Origin: Octopus sinensis
Lineage: Eukaryota
DNA: 64,000 bases
Reading direction: 5' to 3'
Assembly: GCF_006345805.1 (NCBI RefSeq)
Contig: NC_042997.1
Location: forward strand, 23,932,001 to 23,996,000
Position 1 is the stretch's first letter; every line of letters starts with the position of its first letter. The translations under genes and the position numbers were made by a program. The notes under the pieces were generated by a model that was not told where the DNA came from, searched no databases, and worked only from the letters and a program-made list of their open reading frames with translations. Of this stretch, positions 11,592-25,909 are shown piece by piece.

Positions 11592-12248
11592 AAGCTTTAA
11601 ACAACTTATGTATAGTAATACAATATTTTGTCTGTTTTCTATTTATTCGCATTCGTTTATATGCTCTACCTAACTTCGTACATGCATTACTGAAAGGTCT
11701 TTAAAACATCTATAGCACTTACAGTCATTTAAAATTGCATTAATCAATATTTCGACAATTATGGTAAAAACTAAGCTTCGCTAATGGGACTAGAAAAAGT
11801 TCGGGACTTCTCTGAGTTAACATAGTATTACGCATCAAGAGTAACCCTCTCCGCCCAGTGTGATAATCACTATTGATAGAGCTTATAATACAGTAATAGT
11901 AATAATGATTGAACAGATGATATTTGCTGATCTTATCGAAATGATCAATCTTAGGCAGTAAATATAAAGCAACCCGACGTCACTTTTTATTTACTGCCTA
12001 ATTATGATTAGTTTGCGTTTATCAAGCGGAGGTGGAGTGACCTAGTTCTTAGGTTTTAGTCTGCAGTACCAGGGACAAATATCATCTACTATATTCTTTG
12101 TGAGCAGAATTCAATTTGGTAGACAAAATGTTTCAGTAATAACCATTACTGGGCCTTGTAGTTCAGTACTAAATCTAGCGGAGACATATGTTGGACTGAA
12201 AATCGTAAGATTGTGGTTTTGATTCCCAAACTAGGCTGAGTTTTGAAA

Positions 12249-12643
12249 TACTCTTTTACTTGTTTCAGTCATTTAACTGCGGCCATGCTGGAGCACCGCC
12301 TTTAGTCGAGCAAATCGACCCCGACGACTTATTCTTTGTAAGCCCAGTACTTATTCTATCAGTCTCTTTTGCCGAACCGCTAAGTGACGGGGACGTAAAC
12401 ACACCAGCATCGGTTGTCAAGCAATGCTAGGGGGACAAACACAGACACACAAACACACACACATACATATATATATATATACATATATACGACAGGCTTC
12501 TTTCAGTTTCCGTCTACCAAATCTACTCACAAGGTATTGGTCGGCCCGGGGCTATAGCAGAAGACACTTGCCCAAGATTCCACGCAGTGGGAGTGAACCC
12601 GGAACCATGTGGTTGTTTAGCAAGCTACTTACCACGCAGCCAC
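12249..12643 (-). mobile_element. SINE-A, near full length, inverted relative to 10998-11392
   Basis: The reverse complement aligns end to end with the 11-kb copy. Confidence 0.95.
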
Positions 12644-13354
12644 GAACAAATCATTCCATTTCATGTTGTTCCTGTGAACTCAGCTGAAATCGAGTACCAG
12701 CAATAAATTCCGGTTTAGCTGGATTGGAGTCATGTTAAAAAGAGAAGATAGTATTCTTAACTCTCGGTCACTTATACTCCATGAAATGCAGTAAAAATTC
12801 GATATTTACATAAAAATCAATATTATTACACCATAAGATTTATAAAATATTAAAATTCAAAGATCCTAAATATAAATATATATATACTAAGCTAAGTATA
12901 TATGATGAAAAACAAAACCCGTCAAAGGGCGGAGGAACTCTTGAGAGTCAACGGCCATCCAATAAATGTCTTAAGGCTATATCATGCGCGGGGACATAGC
13001 CTTATTGAGCCTTGCAATATAGTTAACAACATTCTAATGTCCTTTGCCATAAATATTTTATCATTTTACAAATATATTTACTATTACTTTACAAGTACAC
13101 TGGTGATGGACTAATTACCAATGTACTTCTAATTTAAAAGTACTGGAGTTAGATCAAAAATAGGTCGGGAAAAATATATCGTAAAGAACTCATCATTGCA
13201 TATCGTTGCCACCCAATCTATGAATAACGAGAGCAGACAAAAATACAGACTAAACAATAATCAATTTATATAGGCCTAACTTGACGTTTCTTTTTGTTTT
13301 ATCGTGATGGGGGGGGGGGAATTGATATAGTCGACTGAACCAAGCACTGTTCCA

Positions 13355-14300
<946 letters not shown>

Positions 14301-14457
14301 TATTATATTATAAGCACTGCAACTATGATAACGACATAACCAGCCAACCAAATTCCACGTGACAGCCACCACCACCACCACCACCGCCACCACCAAAACC
14401 ATTAACACCACACACCATTATCATAAAAAACAAAACAGATACATCAAACAAACAGCA

Positions 14458-14492
<35 letters not shown>

Positions 14493-14764
14493 TATTATAT
14501 ATATGCCATTATATATATATATATATATGTGTGGTGTGTGTGTGTGTTGGTCCTATGCATATATATATATATAATATATTATATATATATATATCTATAT
14601 ATATATATATATATATCATAGAATGAAACGCCTTCGGTTTATTTGAGCAGAATCTGTGGCAATCAATGTGTTAACAGCTGATTTAATTCCTTGATGATAA
14701 ATAACGAGAATTTGAAAGCGAACTAAAGGGAAAAGAAAGTTTCAGCGAAACGTAGCTTTGCCGT

Positions 14765-14828
14765 TTAGAATTCTTCCACCTGCAGCACCGCCCGTTGCCT
14801 TCTCACAAACAGACCATATTCTTCTTCA
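14765..14828 (-). CDS. Candidate terminal coding exon EEEYGLFVRRQRAVLQVEEF*
   Basis: Acceptor ttttattatttccaacag|, phase 2, TAA at 14765-67, AATAAA about 120 nt downstream (14638-43 on minus). Confidence 0.5.
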
Positions 14829-15347
14829 CTGTTGGAAATAATAAAATGGTAATGAAACTTTCTTAAAAGATCTCCTCAAAAATCAATAAATACGTGTGGA
14901 AGGGTTTGGCTGGTCTTCGTGTTGTTGATGTCGTCCACGTAGGTGCCAGCGCTGTCGCCATATTGGTGGTGACGGTGACGGTGACGGTAGGGACGGGTGG
15001 TGGTGGTGGTTGTGGTGTGGTGGTGGTGGTGGTGGTGGTGGTGTTAACAATCATGATGATGGTAGTTGTGGCGTGGAAGACCGCCGTGATGGTGTTGCAA
15101 TGGTGATGATCGAGACGGTGGTGATGATGATGTTGATGGTGGTGATATTAATGGTAATGATGATGATGATGATGTATGGTGTTCCACATTTATTCATCTG
15201 GGTTTTTTTTATTAGATTTCTTTGTTTTATATATAATTATATATTATTATTATTATTACTACTCTGTTGGAAGGAGAGAGTTTTGTCCTTTTCAGAAATG
15301 TTGCCTCATCCATCCTTTGCCTTTCGTTCATCCTTTATACATATATA

Positions 15348-15383
<36 letters not shown>

Positions 15384-15670
15384 TGTATGTATGTATGTAT
15401 GTATGTATGTATGTATGTGTGTGTGTATATGTATAATTGTAAAAGAGGGCAGCAAACATTAAGACAAGTCGCATACAATATTATTATTGGAAAAATATTC
15501 AAAGTCTTACAGCTGTTTCTGGGATATCACCGAATATGGAATATAGCAGTTTCGGTTATAAAATTGTAGCCCTAGTAATCCATTACAACACTTACCTGGC
15601 ATACCTAATCGTTTACATCACTTGTGAACTAAACCCTCATTTTCGCACACACATATATATATATATATAA

Positions 15671-15833
15671 AGGCGCAGGAACGGCTGTGTGGTAAGTACC
15701 TTGCCTACCAACCACATTGTTCCGGGCTAAGCCCCACTGCGTGGCACGTTGGGCAAGTGTCTTCTACTATAGCCTCGGGCTGATCAAGGCTTTGAGAGTG
15801 GATTTGTAACGGAAACTGAAAGAAGTTCGTCGT

Positions 15834-15886
<53 letters not shown>

Positions 15887-15909
15887 TGTGTGTGTGTGTG
15901 GTGGTGTGG

Positions 15910-15940
<31 letters not shown>

Positions 15941-16162
15941 TGTGTGTGTGTGTTTGTGTGTCTGTGATTGTTCTACCACTATCGCTTGAAATCCGATGCT
16001 GGTGTGTTTTACGTCCCCGTAACATAGCGGTTCGACAAAAGAATTCCATAGAATAAGTACCAGGCCTACAAAGCATAAGTCCTGTGGTTGATCTATCGAC
16101 TGAAGGCAGTGTTCCAATATGGCCGCTGTCAAATGACTGAAACAAATAGAAAAGTAAAAGAG

Positions 16163-16163
<1 letters not shown>
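15671..16163 (+). mobile_element. SINE-A with an expanded internal microsatellite
   Basis: aggcgcaggaacggctgtgtgg head; (TA)n(TG)n about 15836-15960; tail. Confidence 0.92.
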
Positions 16164-16196
<33 letters not shown>

Positions 16197-16275
16197 TATA
16201 TATATAATTGTGTTTGTGTATCAGACATGCTTCACCAGAAAAAATACAACTGGGGCCCTCTCTGAATATACTTAC

Positions 16276-16319
16276 ATTAACATCAAATCATGCCGAAGGC
16301 CAATATTGGAAAGTGATTC
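16276..16319 (-). CDS. Candidate exon ESLSNIGLRHDLML (phase 0-2)
   Basis: Donor |gtaagta; acceptor ttttctgaaggcag|; joins in frame to 14828. Confidence 0.45.
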
Positions 16320-16393
16320 CTGCCTTCAGAAAATCCTGTACGTACGAAAAATGAAAAGAAATTAAATGAATAAAAACAGGAAATTTTTCTTAC

Positions 16394-16506
16394 GTTGCAA
16401 AAAGTAAAATTGTGAAGTCTTCCAGGATTATTCCCTCGGTTTGGTTTGAAGAATTTTATATCAATGGCAATGATTGACTTTGTTGCTTTATGCACAAGCA
16501 TGGGAG
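16394..16506 (-). CDS. Candidate exon PMLVHKATKSIIAIDIKFFKPNRGNNPGRLHNFTFCN (phase 1-0)
   Basis: Acceptor tttttctgacgccctcaag|, donor |gtaaga, 113 nt open, 74-nt intron to the next exon. Confidence 0.45.
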
Positions 16507-17178
16507 CTTGAGGGCGTCAGAAAAATCATAATTTGGAGGAAACAAGAGAAGGAGAAGGAGATGCGTAAAGGTGTAGAAGCAAATAGTAGGTAAAGGTGAT
16601 AATGAAGTGTGTCGAAAAGAAAATTTCGTGTATGCAATTATTTATCGAAACCGGGCTATGCTTTTTGCTTGTACTCGACTAGTTATTAAAATTTGTTTGT
16701 ACTTGTATCAGTACTCGCTTAGCACAGTCAAACAAATGACGGTGTTTAAATAATGATAGGTAAAATTAGTATTTTGTTTTTGTTGATCTATCGACGTAAT
16801 ATGATTATACAAATATTTACGTAGCGATTACAGCACAATATACTATTACAGGTTGGAGAAACACGTGAAAGCATTGTGTAACAGGAGCGTAAAGCACCAA
16901 CATAAGCTCGCAAGCAGTGATGGCAGACAAATATACACGCAAATACACACACGCACAAATTCACGCACACGCACACACATGCACATACCCACACATGCAC
17001 GCACTCGCGCAGACATACATGTACACACACACACACAGACACATATATATATGAAGGGGCCTTCTTTAGCTTCCGCCCAGAGAATCACTCAAAAACCTCT
17101 GATCGGCCTGAGGCTATAGTAGACGAAGGTTGCCTCCACACAGACACATTCTGTACTTCTATCTATCTATCTATCTAC

Positions 17179-17241
<63 letters not shown>

Positions 17242-17253
17242 ACTATCTAACTA

Positions 17254-17284
<31 letters not shown>

Positions 17285-17301
17285 CTATCTATCTATCTAT
17301 C

Positions 17302-17382
<81 letters not shown>

Positions 17383-18609
17383 CAATTGAATAGTAGTACC
17401 CTCAATATAAATATCTATCTATATATATATATTGATATATAGATATGCATATGTATATATCTTCACATATATATATATATCTATGTATATAATATATATA
17501 TTCTATATATAATATAATGTTTGTGTGTGAGTGTGTGTGTGTGTGTGCGTGTGTGTGTGTGTATATATGCATACATATATTATTATATATATGTGTTATA
17601 TATAATATATATATGATGTATATATATATATATATGTATGTATATATTTATATGTATGTATATATATGTGTGTGTGTCTGTGTGTGTGTATGTGTGTGCG
17701 TGTGAGAGAGAGAGTGTACGCGCGTGTGCGCGTGCGTGTGTGTGTATGAAATTTGGGGTACTTCAGAGCTGATGCAGGATTTGATTAATCTAATGTGTGT
17801 TTTCAGTCTTAAGGTAGTGGGTGGAGGAATGATGGGCGAGCTGATTGGCTGCTTTTAGAAGCAGGTTAGAAGAATGTGTAAGTGCGCAGTAATTACCTTC
17901 CATTCTGTTCCCCTACATTTAGATATTACTGTATTAAATTGCAATTGTGCACCGGTTGAAGCTGCCATCTACTATATACGTGGGTGGGGGTACATACATA
18001 CATGTATGTACGTGTCTATGGACGTGCACATGCTTGTATGCATTTGTTCAGGTTTTAAATTGATATTAAAATTAATATTAATTTATCTCCCTCATTATTT
18101 AAATATTGAAATAAATACGTTCTCTAGTACTAAGTACGAACCGCAGTGAATTATTTACTGCAGCCCTTCCCTCAGAAACTTATTAGCGCGCCAGAATCAA
18201 GACATTGAGCAGTTATCACTAGGTAATCGGTAAAGCTACACACGTGTCTGTACTGGCACGAAAGCTGGGGTTAGCTTTTTCGCTTACATTACTATGAACG
18301 GATGCACTGAAGAAGCACGGACATTTGGATTGCATTAGTAATTCTCTTGTAAGGCTGAAACCGAGGTATGCATTTGTCTGTTCTTTATATAATTTTCATC
18401 TGTCATGCCCGCCAAAGTTGTTCTGGTGTTCGCTGTATTTTTCCCTCTAGAGAATTTCCTTGTAGTTGACCGTTGATGGTCTATTTCTAGCATACGGCCG
18501 ACTCCCTAGCAGTAAGCCCTGCCAATATACATATATATATGTATATATATATATGTATATATATACATATATATATATATATATAGTATATATCTTATAA
18601 TATATTATA

Positions 18610-18659
<50 letters not shown>

Positions 18660-18665
<6 letters not shown>

Positions 18666-18870
18666 GTTTGTGTGTCTGTTTTCTAACCACCATCGCTTGA
18701 CAACCGACGTCGGTATGTTTACGTCTTATAAGATAACCGCTTGGCAAAAAGAGACCGATAGAATAAGTACTACGCTTACGCAGAATAAGTTCTGGGGTCG
18801 ATTTTTCGAATAGGCAGTGCTCCAGCATGGCCGCAATCAAATAACTGAAACAAATAAAAGAATAAAAGAT
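18660..18870 (+). mobile_element. SINE-A 3' half, starting at its internal microsatellite
   Basis: catcgcttgacaaccga ... gcatggccgcaatcaaataactgaaacaaataaaaga. Confidence 0.85.
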
Positions 18871-18905
18871 ATATATCAGATGTATATATATATATTAATG
18901 TATGG

Positions 18906-18954
<49 letters not shown>

Positions 18955-20071
18955 TATATTATATATATATATGTATTATGCATTCAGTGTATGTATGTAT
19001 GTATATGTACATATGTTTACGTTTTGCAATTTTATCCCTATATTAAGGGGTCTTTTGGTTTTACATCTACTAGTGGGTGCTGAAAACTTCCTAGCATTAA
19101 GGGTGTCGCGTATGGCCTGGTTGGAATCCCACCCTTCCGTGTTCCTTTACAGAGCTTACCAAAACTGAAGGACCGCTGCACTAAGCATGTGGATCTGAAA
19201 AAGAAATATACTGAATAAAATCATGATCAACTGATCCTCCTGTATTTTCTTTGACCCCAAACCAGGTATTTCTCTGCATCCCCTCGTATTATTTCTTTCT
19301 TTGTGTGTGTGTACGTGTGTATGTGTGTGTGCATGTGTGACACATAATTCTCAATAGGATTGATTGATAAAAAACATTATTCCAAATCTTTCTCTCAAGA
19401 GGTTGATCCTCTTTTACCTTTCAGGTGCGATATTTTAAAACATTATAGGGGAAAATCTATGCTTAACCGAAGTCAACAAATGGAGAAGATACCACAGAAG
19501 CTTATTTTTATATATTTGTATTTTCATTTCTCCCAAATCGAAATATTCTTTAAACAAAATTAACATTGAAACATAAAGTTACGGTCCTTCTAACCAAAAT
19601 ATCGCAGATGAATGGTTTCTAATAAAAAGTGTGAAGCTTAAAAAAGATAAACATCACTAAACCTCTTTGCGAAAACTAAAAAATATAAGATTATATATAA
19701 TTTAGCATTATGTTCTCATCACCTCATATGCCAGTTGAATGTGGAATGTAAGTAATTTCAATGCATGATCAACCAATAAGTCTAAAATATTCCGAAATAT
19801 TTCAGTGAGATATTTTGTGTCATACGAATAAATACAAACGAAAAGTCAACCAAGAATGCGAATGCCTTATAAATAAAATCTATGCTTCATGATGTCTCTT
19901 GACTCACTTACAAATGGCACCCCACATGAAGTCCCTAGAAAATTACCCATCACGACTAACGCCGTAAGAAACGGAGGGAAAAAAATGACTGTAGGTAATA
20001 ATCCCGCGCTCGGCTTCACGAGAGTGTATAAAAAAGTAAATTGGTATAGATTAACAATACAAAAAAAAAAT

Positions 20072-20125
<54 letters not shown>

Positions 20126-20416
20126 GGTCTTGAAGTAGTGATACGAAAAAATGTGATAAAAAAGATCAAGAAGCCAAGAGAGTACTGAGTAACAGCACCG
20201 TAAAACTGCCAACGTAGTGGAAAGCAAATTCTTCGCAACGACAAGGGAAAAGTGATCACATGCACATAGAGATATATACAAAAATATGGGTGTACGTGCT
20301 TGTACACACAAACACATACACATGTATATATACATACATACACACACACCACACACACGTATATATACAGAAAGATAGGGGAAAGAAAGAGTCATACATG
20401 CATAAACAGACATTCG

Positions 20417-20467
<51 letters not shown>

Positions 20468-20540
20468 GGATGGATGGATAGATGGATGGATAGATAAATG
20501 GATAGATAGATAGATAGGTAGATAGATAGATAGGTAGATA

Positions 20541-20920
20541 AGTTTCTTTATTGGCCACACAGGGCTGCACGCAGATGGGACAAGTTACAAGGTAGAGCTT
20601 TTCTTTTGGGGGATGAAAAAATCAAAAAACAAAAAAACAAAAGAAACAAAAAAGAAGGTGGCGTAGGTTTTCGATCAAAAGGGATCGTAAAAGGGAAAAA
20701 AAGAAAAAACGAAGAAAAGGAAAAGGAACAAAAGAAAAGAGAAATGAAAAAAAGAAGAGAAAAGGGGGAAAAAAGGGGAAGAGGAAAAAAACGATCAATA
20801 GGGATCGTGTATCACAGTGTTATGATGTATGGTGTAAAGGGGAAAGCAAGTATGGTTTATCCGTGGGAAGAAAAGCCTACGAAAAAGACCACGGTAACCT
20901 TGGTCAATATTGTTATAGAA
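20541..20920 (-). mobile_element. 5'-truncated 3' UTR of a Tx1-like LINE, embedded in (GATA)n
   Basis: Minus-strand end ttgtcccatctgcgtgcagccctgtgtggccaataaagaaac resembles the Tx1 end at 2438-2480; pyrimidine-rich UTR; (GATA)n on both flanks. Confidence 0.65.
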
Positions 20921-21000
<80 letters not shown>

Positions 21001-24000
21001 TTAGATAGATAGTTAGATAGATAGATAGATAGTGTTATGGAATTCAACTTTATCTTTTTATTGAATATACTCTTGTCTGTTACTACAACCGCTACTACCA
21101 CTACTAATAATAAGAACAATAGTGGTAGTATGGGCACAGAGTCTGAAATTTTAGGGGCGAGGTTAAGTCGAGTACTTAACTGGTACTTAATCCATTGAAA
21201 TCGAAAGGATGAAAGGCAAAATCGACCTCGGTGGAATTCGAACTCATAACGTAAAAGGCAATACGGAAAAAATGCCGCCAAGCATTTTGACAACACGCCA
21301 GTGAACCCGGCAGCTTGCCATCTAATTGCTACTCATAATAGATCTTTGTAATTTTTGTCTCATGACCAGTAATTTTGGTGGGAGAGGGAAACTTGGTTGC
21401 ACAGTCCTATATTTAACTGGCCCGTGAGCTGAGTACAAGATAGTACGAGCTGAGCACAAGATAAGGTAGTACTTTCGATTCTGGGCTTCCATGGTAAGCT
21501 GTGTACTTAAGCAAGGCAAATCATTTCACATTGTTCCAGCCTTCTCAGTTGTAAAAGAGTACGAACCGAATACTGGTGCAGCTCTCTCCCTCCTTCTCTC
21601 ATTCCTTCTTTTTTTCTCTCCCTCAAGTATCCTTGATGTTCCCCAGGAGGGCAATATTGAGATCGGTACATGTGTTCACTCGCACCTAAAACAAGCGAAT
21701 ACACAGTACACATTAAATCATACAAGCCTACAACTGACGGCATCGTTCCATATATAAACATGCATACATACATGTGTGTGTGCGTGCGTATGTGCATTAT
21801 GTATGTATGTATGTATATGTGTATATGCAAGCATACCTATACACACACGTGTACCCACACACATACATATACATATACACATTGCTCAATGTAGAATGAA
21901 AGAGGAAGGAGTGCTCAATACATGTAGTTTTGGATACAGTTTCCTATTAAAACAGAAGCGGCGATTTTGTCTCGCTACTCTAGTTTCACACCACTGAGGG
22001 CCTCGGGCAAAGTATGTACATATTCCTAATTATTAAACTATTCTTTTGTAACAGTGTGTCAGAATTTTGTTCCCTCCATTTTCTTCGCTGTCTGGAGGAT
22101 TTGCACTGTCGTTTGGTTAAACTTGTTCCTCCTGGCCTATTTTCGTTATTCTATGTCAAGTTATTTTCTTTGAATATTTTGTTTCAAATTTTTCATCAAC
22201 CGTTTTCTAGATTTTCATCTATAATTATTTCCTTCTCAGCGCACGACGAAGATGTGGTGTCATAGGTTGGTACTATTAAGAAAAATGCTTTCTCGTCTAT
22301 TTCTAATTCTAGGCCTAAGGATATTCCATTTTCCATCCCCAGAGTTTCGACTGGAGGGGCTTAGGAGGTGGAGTTTGTTGATATTTTTGACGTTGCTGAT
22401 CTGCATTATGTAGGTTTACTTTATTTTTACTAAATTTTCTATTTCTTCCAGGCATTTACTTTCAAGGTGATTTTTAACAAACAGACAGTAAGCCTCCTAC
22501 ACTGCGCTTTTATCTTCTACACTCAGCACTTTTTACACGACATTCTTCCAGTGTGACTTTGTAGCGTTACAACAAACGTAGCACGTAGGCTATCTGTCCT
22601 GTGTTATTAACCTTCTGCTCTTTGTATCATTACTTGTTTACCAGGTAATATTCTTGAGTGGCTCTGTAACATTCAGGTGCCATTAGGCCCCTTAAGACGT
22701 TACATTTCCTTAATTGTCCTTTGATAATTCGGCCAAAATGTGATTCACAAGCCGCGACCGTGACCGTGATCTTTCTCATTTCCAACGTCTTAAAATTCTT
22801 GTATTTCCTTATTCCATGTACAGGGGATTGGGAGGCGCAAATGCATAGCCAGAGATGCGTAAGAATACTTCAGCCAATGTTTTGGCTGTTTTGTATTTCA
22901 AATGCACAGCAGATTATCTCATATTTTATCATTTACAGTTCAGAAAACATCAACCGATGTGACCAAGAAGCCTGTTGTACTACTTAAAATGAAGGAAGAT
23001 TCTCTACGCCTCTGTTTCTCTTAACCTGATAAATATAGATTAGATCCTGTTATACAGAAATACTGTTTGGTTTTACAAAATTTTTCCCCTTACATTTTTC
23101 CTGTAAGCTATATCAAATCAAACACTTGTTTGTTTATCTTTTATTTAATGAATGTTAGTTTTGGCTGCTGTGTGAATGGATCACAGTATTTGAAATCGTG
23201 CTTGAGTCTCTACTCTGACTATTGTTGTTATTACCAATGATGTTAAAGCGATGAGCTGGCAGAATCGTCAGCGCGGCGGGTAGAATGTTTAGCAGCATTT
23301 TGTCCGTCCTTACTTTCTGAGTTCAAATTCAGCCTAGGTCGACGGTTTTTTCATCCCTTCGTGTTCGATAAAATAAGTACCAGTTGAATACTGAACTCAA
23401 TTCTCTCCTCCTGCAAAATTGCTGTGTTTGTTCTAAATTTTGAAACCAATGTTACATATTTGAGCGTTCCGAACGTGTGCTATTAGAGAAAAATTCTCTA
23501 AAATATACATTTAGCTGTATATTTTACTTCTATTTCTTGCGGGTGCCACTGTCATATTTAGTTTGGCCGCATAATTATGTGCGGGAGCCATTTTGATTTC
23601 TTCTGGTTAGATATGGTCTCTCGTCATCTTTACACTGACCTCCCACCGATACTACGACAAAAAGTTGGGAATAAGTCAAGATTTGTCATCGTAAGTGATG
23701 CCTTTGCATTTCATTGCCAGAAAACTTGATTATGTTCGAATCGGTCGATTTGTGCCTCAATATTTCAATATTTCTTTTGAGATAGTGATTTCGGTCGCAA
23801 AACCACGCAGGGCCCTGTAGTTAATGTCACGTTCAATGAAAAGAATAACTCTCCATATATCGCGTTGCTGTTGTGAGGGCAACTAAACTGTATCTTCTTT
23901 GAGTGACACAAATGACTGAGTTTTCTTTTTACCTACTGGTTTATATATTGACCACCGTTTTCCTAAAGAGTTTCTCCAGTTGCATGTCGTTATTAATTCT

Positions 24001-24599
24001 AACACTTTCGCTAGGTAAAATATATGAACATGTCTGTGCTATTATCGTTGCCGATATTTGTTACTTTTATTGAGGTTGTTGACCATCTTGTACAAGGTAT
24101 CGCAGAATTAACGATCTATTTCATTGATATCAGACATTTCTTTTCAAAAACTCACTTTTATCATGTTTAATATGTATGCAAATGTATAAAGTTTTAATTT
24201 CGTTATTAATTGTATAGATTTTATAATTTTTGTTTTATAATAATATTTTCATTTCTGTTGGATCCAGCTCGTCAGTCTACGACACAGTTTTTTTTCAATT
24301 TGGCTGCAATCATTTTCTGTAATCCGACCACGGGATGGAACAATAGTTTAGGATTCGGTTAGCAGCGCGGAAAATAAATCTTAAAATGCTTCAAAATGTG
24401 TTTCGCAACACTGGCGGTAGATTTCAACTTTGCAGGATACAGACGAAACACATGTTGAAAATTTTCAAATAAGTTTTCGCGTAAGATTTATAAATCTATT
24501 TTGGTATCGTTATTAATTAATAAGCATAAAATTCTCTTAGTATCTATTCTTTTTAATTTGATCGATTTCATTGAAATTGATAGTTAATTCTGGGATACC

Positions 24600-24750
24600 T
24601 ATTTCTTTATTACCCACAAGGGGCTAAACATAGAGGGGACAAACAAGGACAGACAAAGGGATTAAGTCGATTTCATCGACCCCAGTGCGTAACTGGTACT
24701 TAATTTATCGACCTCGAAAGGATGAAAGGCAAAGTCGACCTCGGCGGAAT
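24600..24750 (-). mobile_element. 5'-truncated SINE-B with a 14-bp TSD (one mismatch)
   Basis: aattctgggatacc at 24586-99 and aattctgtgatacc at 24748-61. Confidence 0.9.
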
Positions 24751-25060
24751 TCTGTGATACCTTGTATTTGTTTGCAGTATCCCAAATAATTTTCTGAGAA
24801 AAATTATTGTTTTTAATTAATGGGTCCTTTCCAACACCCATTTACTCTCGTTTTAAATAACATCGTCTTCAAGTTCACTTTTTTACTTCTCCTTTGTGAG
24901 TAACAATACTCAATTTATTTGTCTGATTTGTATTTTTCTTTCTTTTTAAGAGTGAACATCTTTAAACCATCTTGATATGTGTAACGATGTTTACGAAATT
25001 CACAAGAAGGAATGGATAAACAATAGCCTTTCCACAAAATTTGAACGAATTTTACATATA

Positions 25061-25440
25061 GGCGCAGGAGTGGCTGTGTGGTAAGTAGCTTGTTTACCAA
25101 CCACATGGTTCCGGGTTCAGTCCCACTGCGTGGCATCTTGAGCAAGTGTCTTCTGCTATAGCCCCGGGCCAACCAATGCCTTGTGAGTGAATTTGGTAGA
25201 CGGAAACTGAAAGAAGCCTGTCGTATATATGTATATGTGTGTGTGCGTTTGTCCCCCTAGCATTGCTTGACAACCGATGGCGGTGAGGTTACGTCCCCGT
25301 CACTTAGCGGTTCGGCAAAAGAGACCGATAGAATAAGTACTGGGCTTACAAAAGAATAAGTCCCGGGGTCGATTTGCTCGACTAAAGGTGGTGCTCCAGC
25401 ATGGCCGCAGTCAAATGACTGAAACAAGTAAAAGAGAAAA
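25061..25440 (+). mobile_element. SINE-A, full length
   Basis: ggcgcaggagtggctgtgtgg ... aaacaagtaaaagag. Confidence 0.95.
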
Positions 25441-25872
25441 AGAGAAAGTGTTGGGAAGATTTCTGCTTGTAAAATAATCCAAAATTTGAAAGACAAAAAA
25501 TTTCCATTTAAAATTAGTAAAACAGGAGATCTTCGTAGCTCACAGCATCATCAAAATACATAAGTCAATAACAGACTTGAAACAATACACTCTCCCATGT
25601 ATTCTTGCCTTATTACCTAACACTCCATATCATAACTCAACCCCAGCAGAACACAATCTGCTCAATAAAATGATACAAAGCATTCGATAGAACCAACATC
25701 CAATAATATAAATAAAATAATGTACACAGCACACAGTTTACATCAACAGTTTACAACTCTTTAGACTTTCTGACGCATCGGTAGTCAAATAAGGAATTAC
25801 TGACAGTACTTTTTGTGGAAACTTTCAAAAAATAAACCAATTAAAATCTAAAAGTGTTTGTGTGTGTGTAGT

Positions 25873-25909
<37 letters not shown>

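Noticed and set aside
12902-13114. 70-aa ORF MMKNKTRQRAEELL...
   Set aside because: A-rich acceptor context, no recognisable motif, no phase-consistent support beyond chance.
19074-19963. Apparent internal protein repeat (RMAWLESH / HMKSLENY vs RLPWLKDHVKTMENF)
   Set aside because: It needs weak splice sites, several frames on both strands are open here, and the similarity is short enough to be chance.
22014-22450. Possible further LINE remnant on the minus strand
   Set aside because: Purine-rich with many stops; no motif I could assign with confidence.
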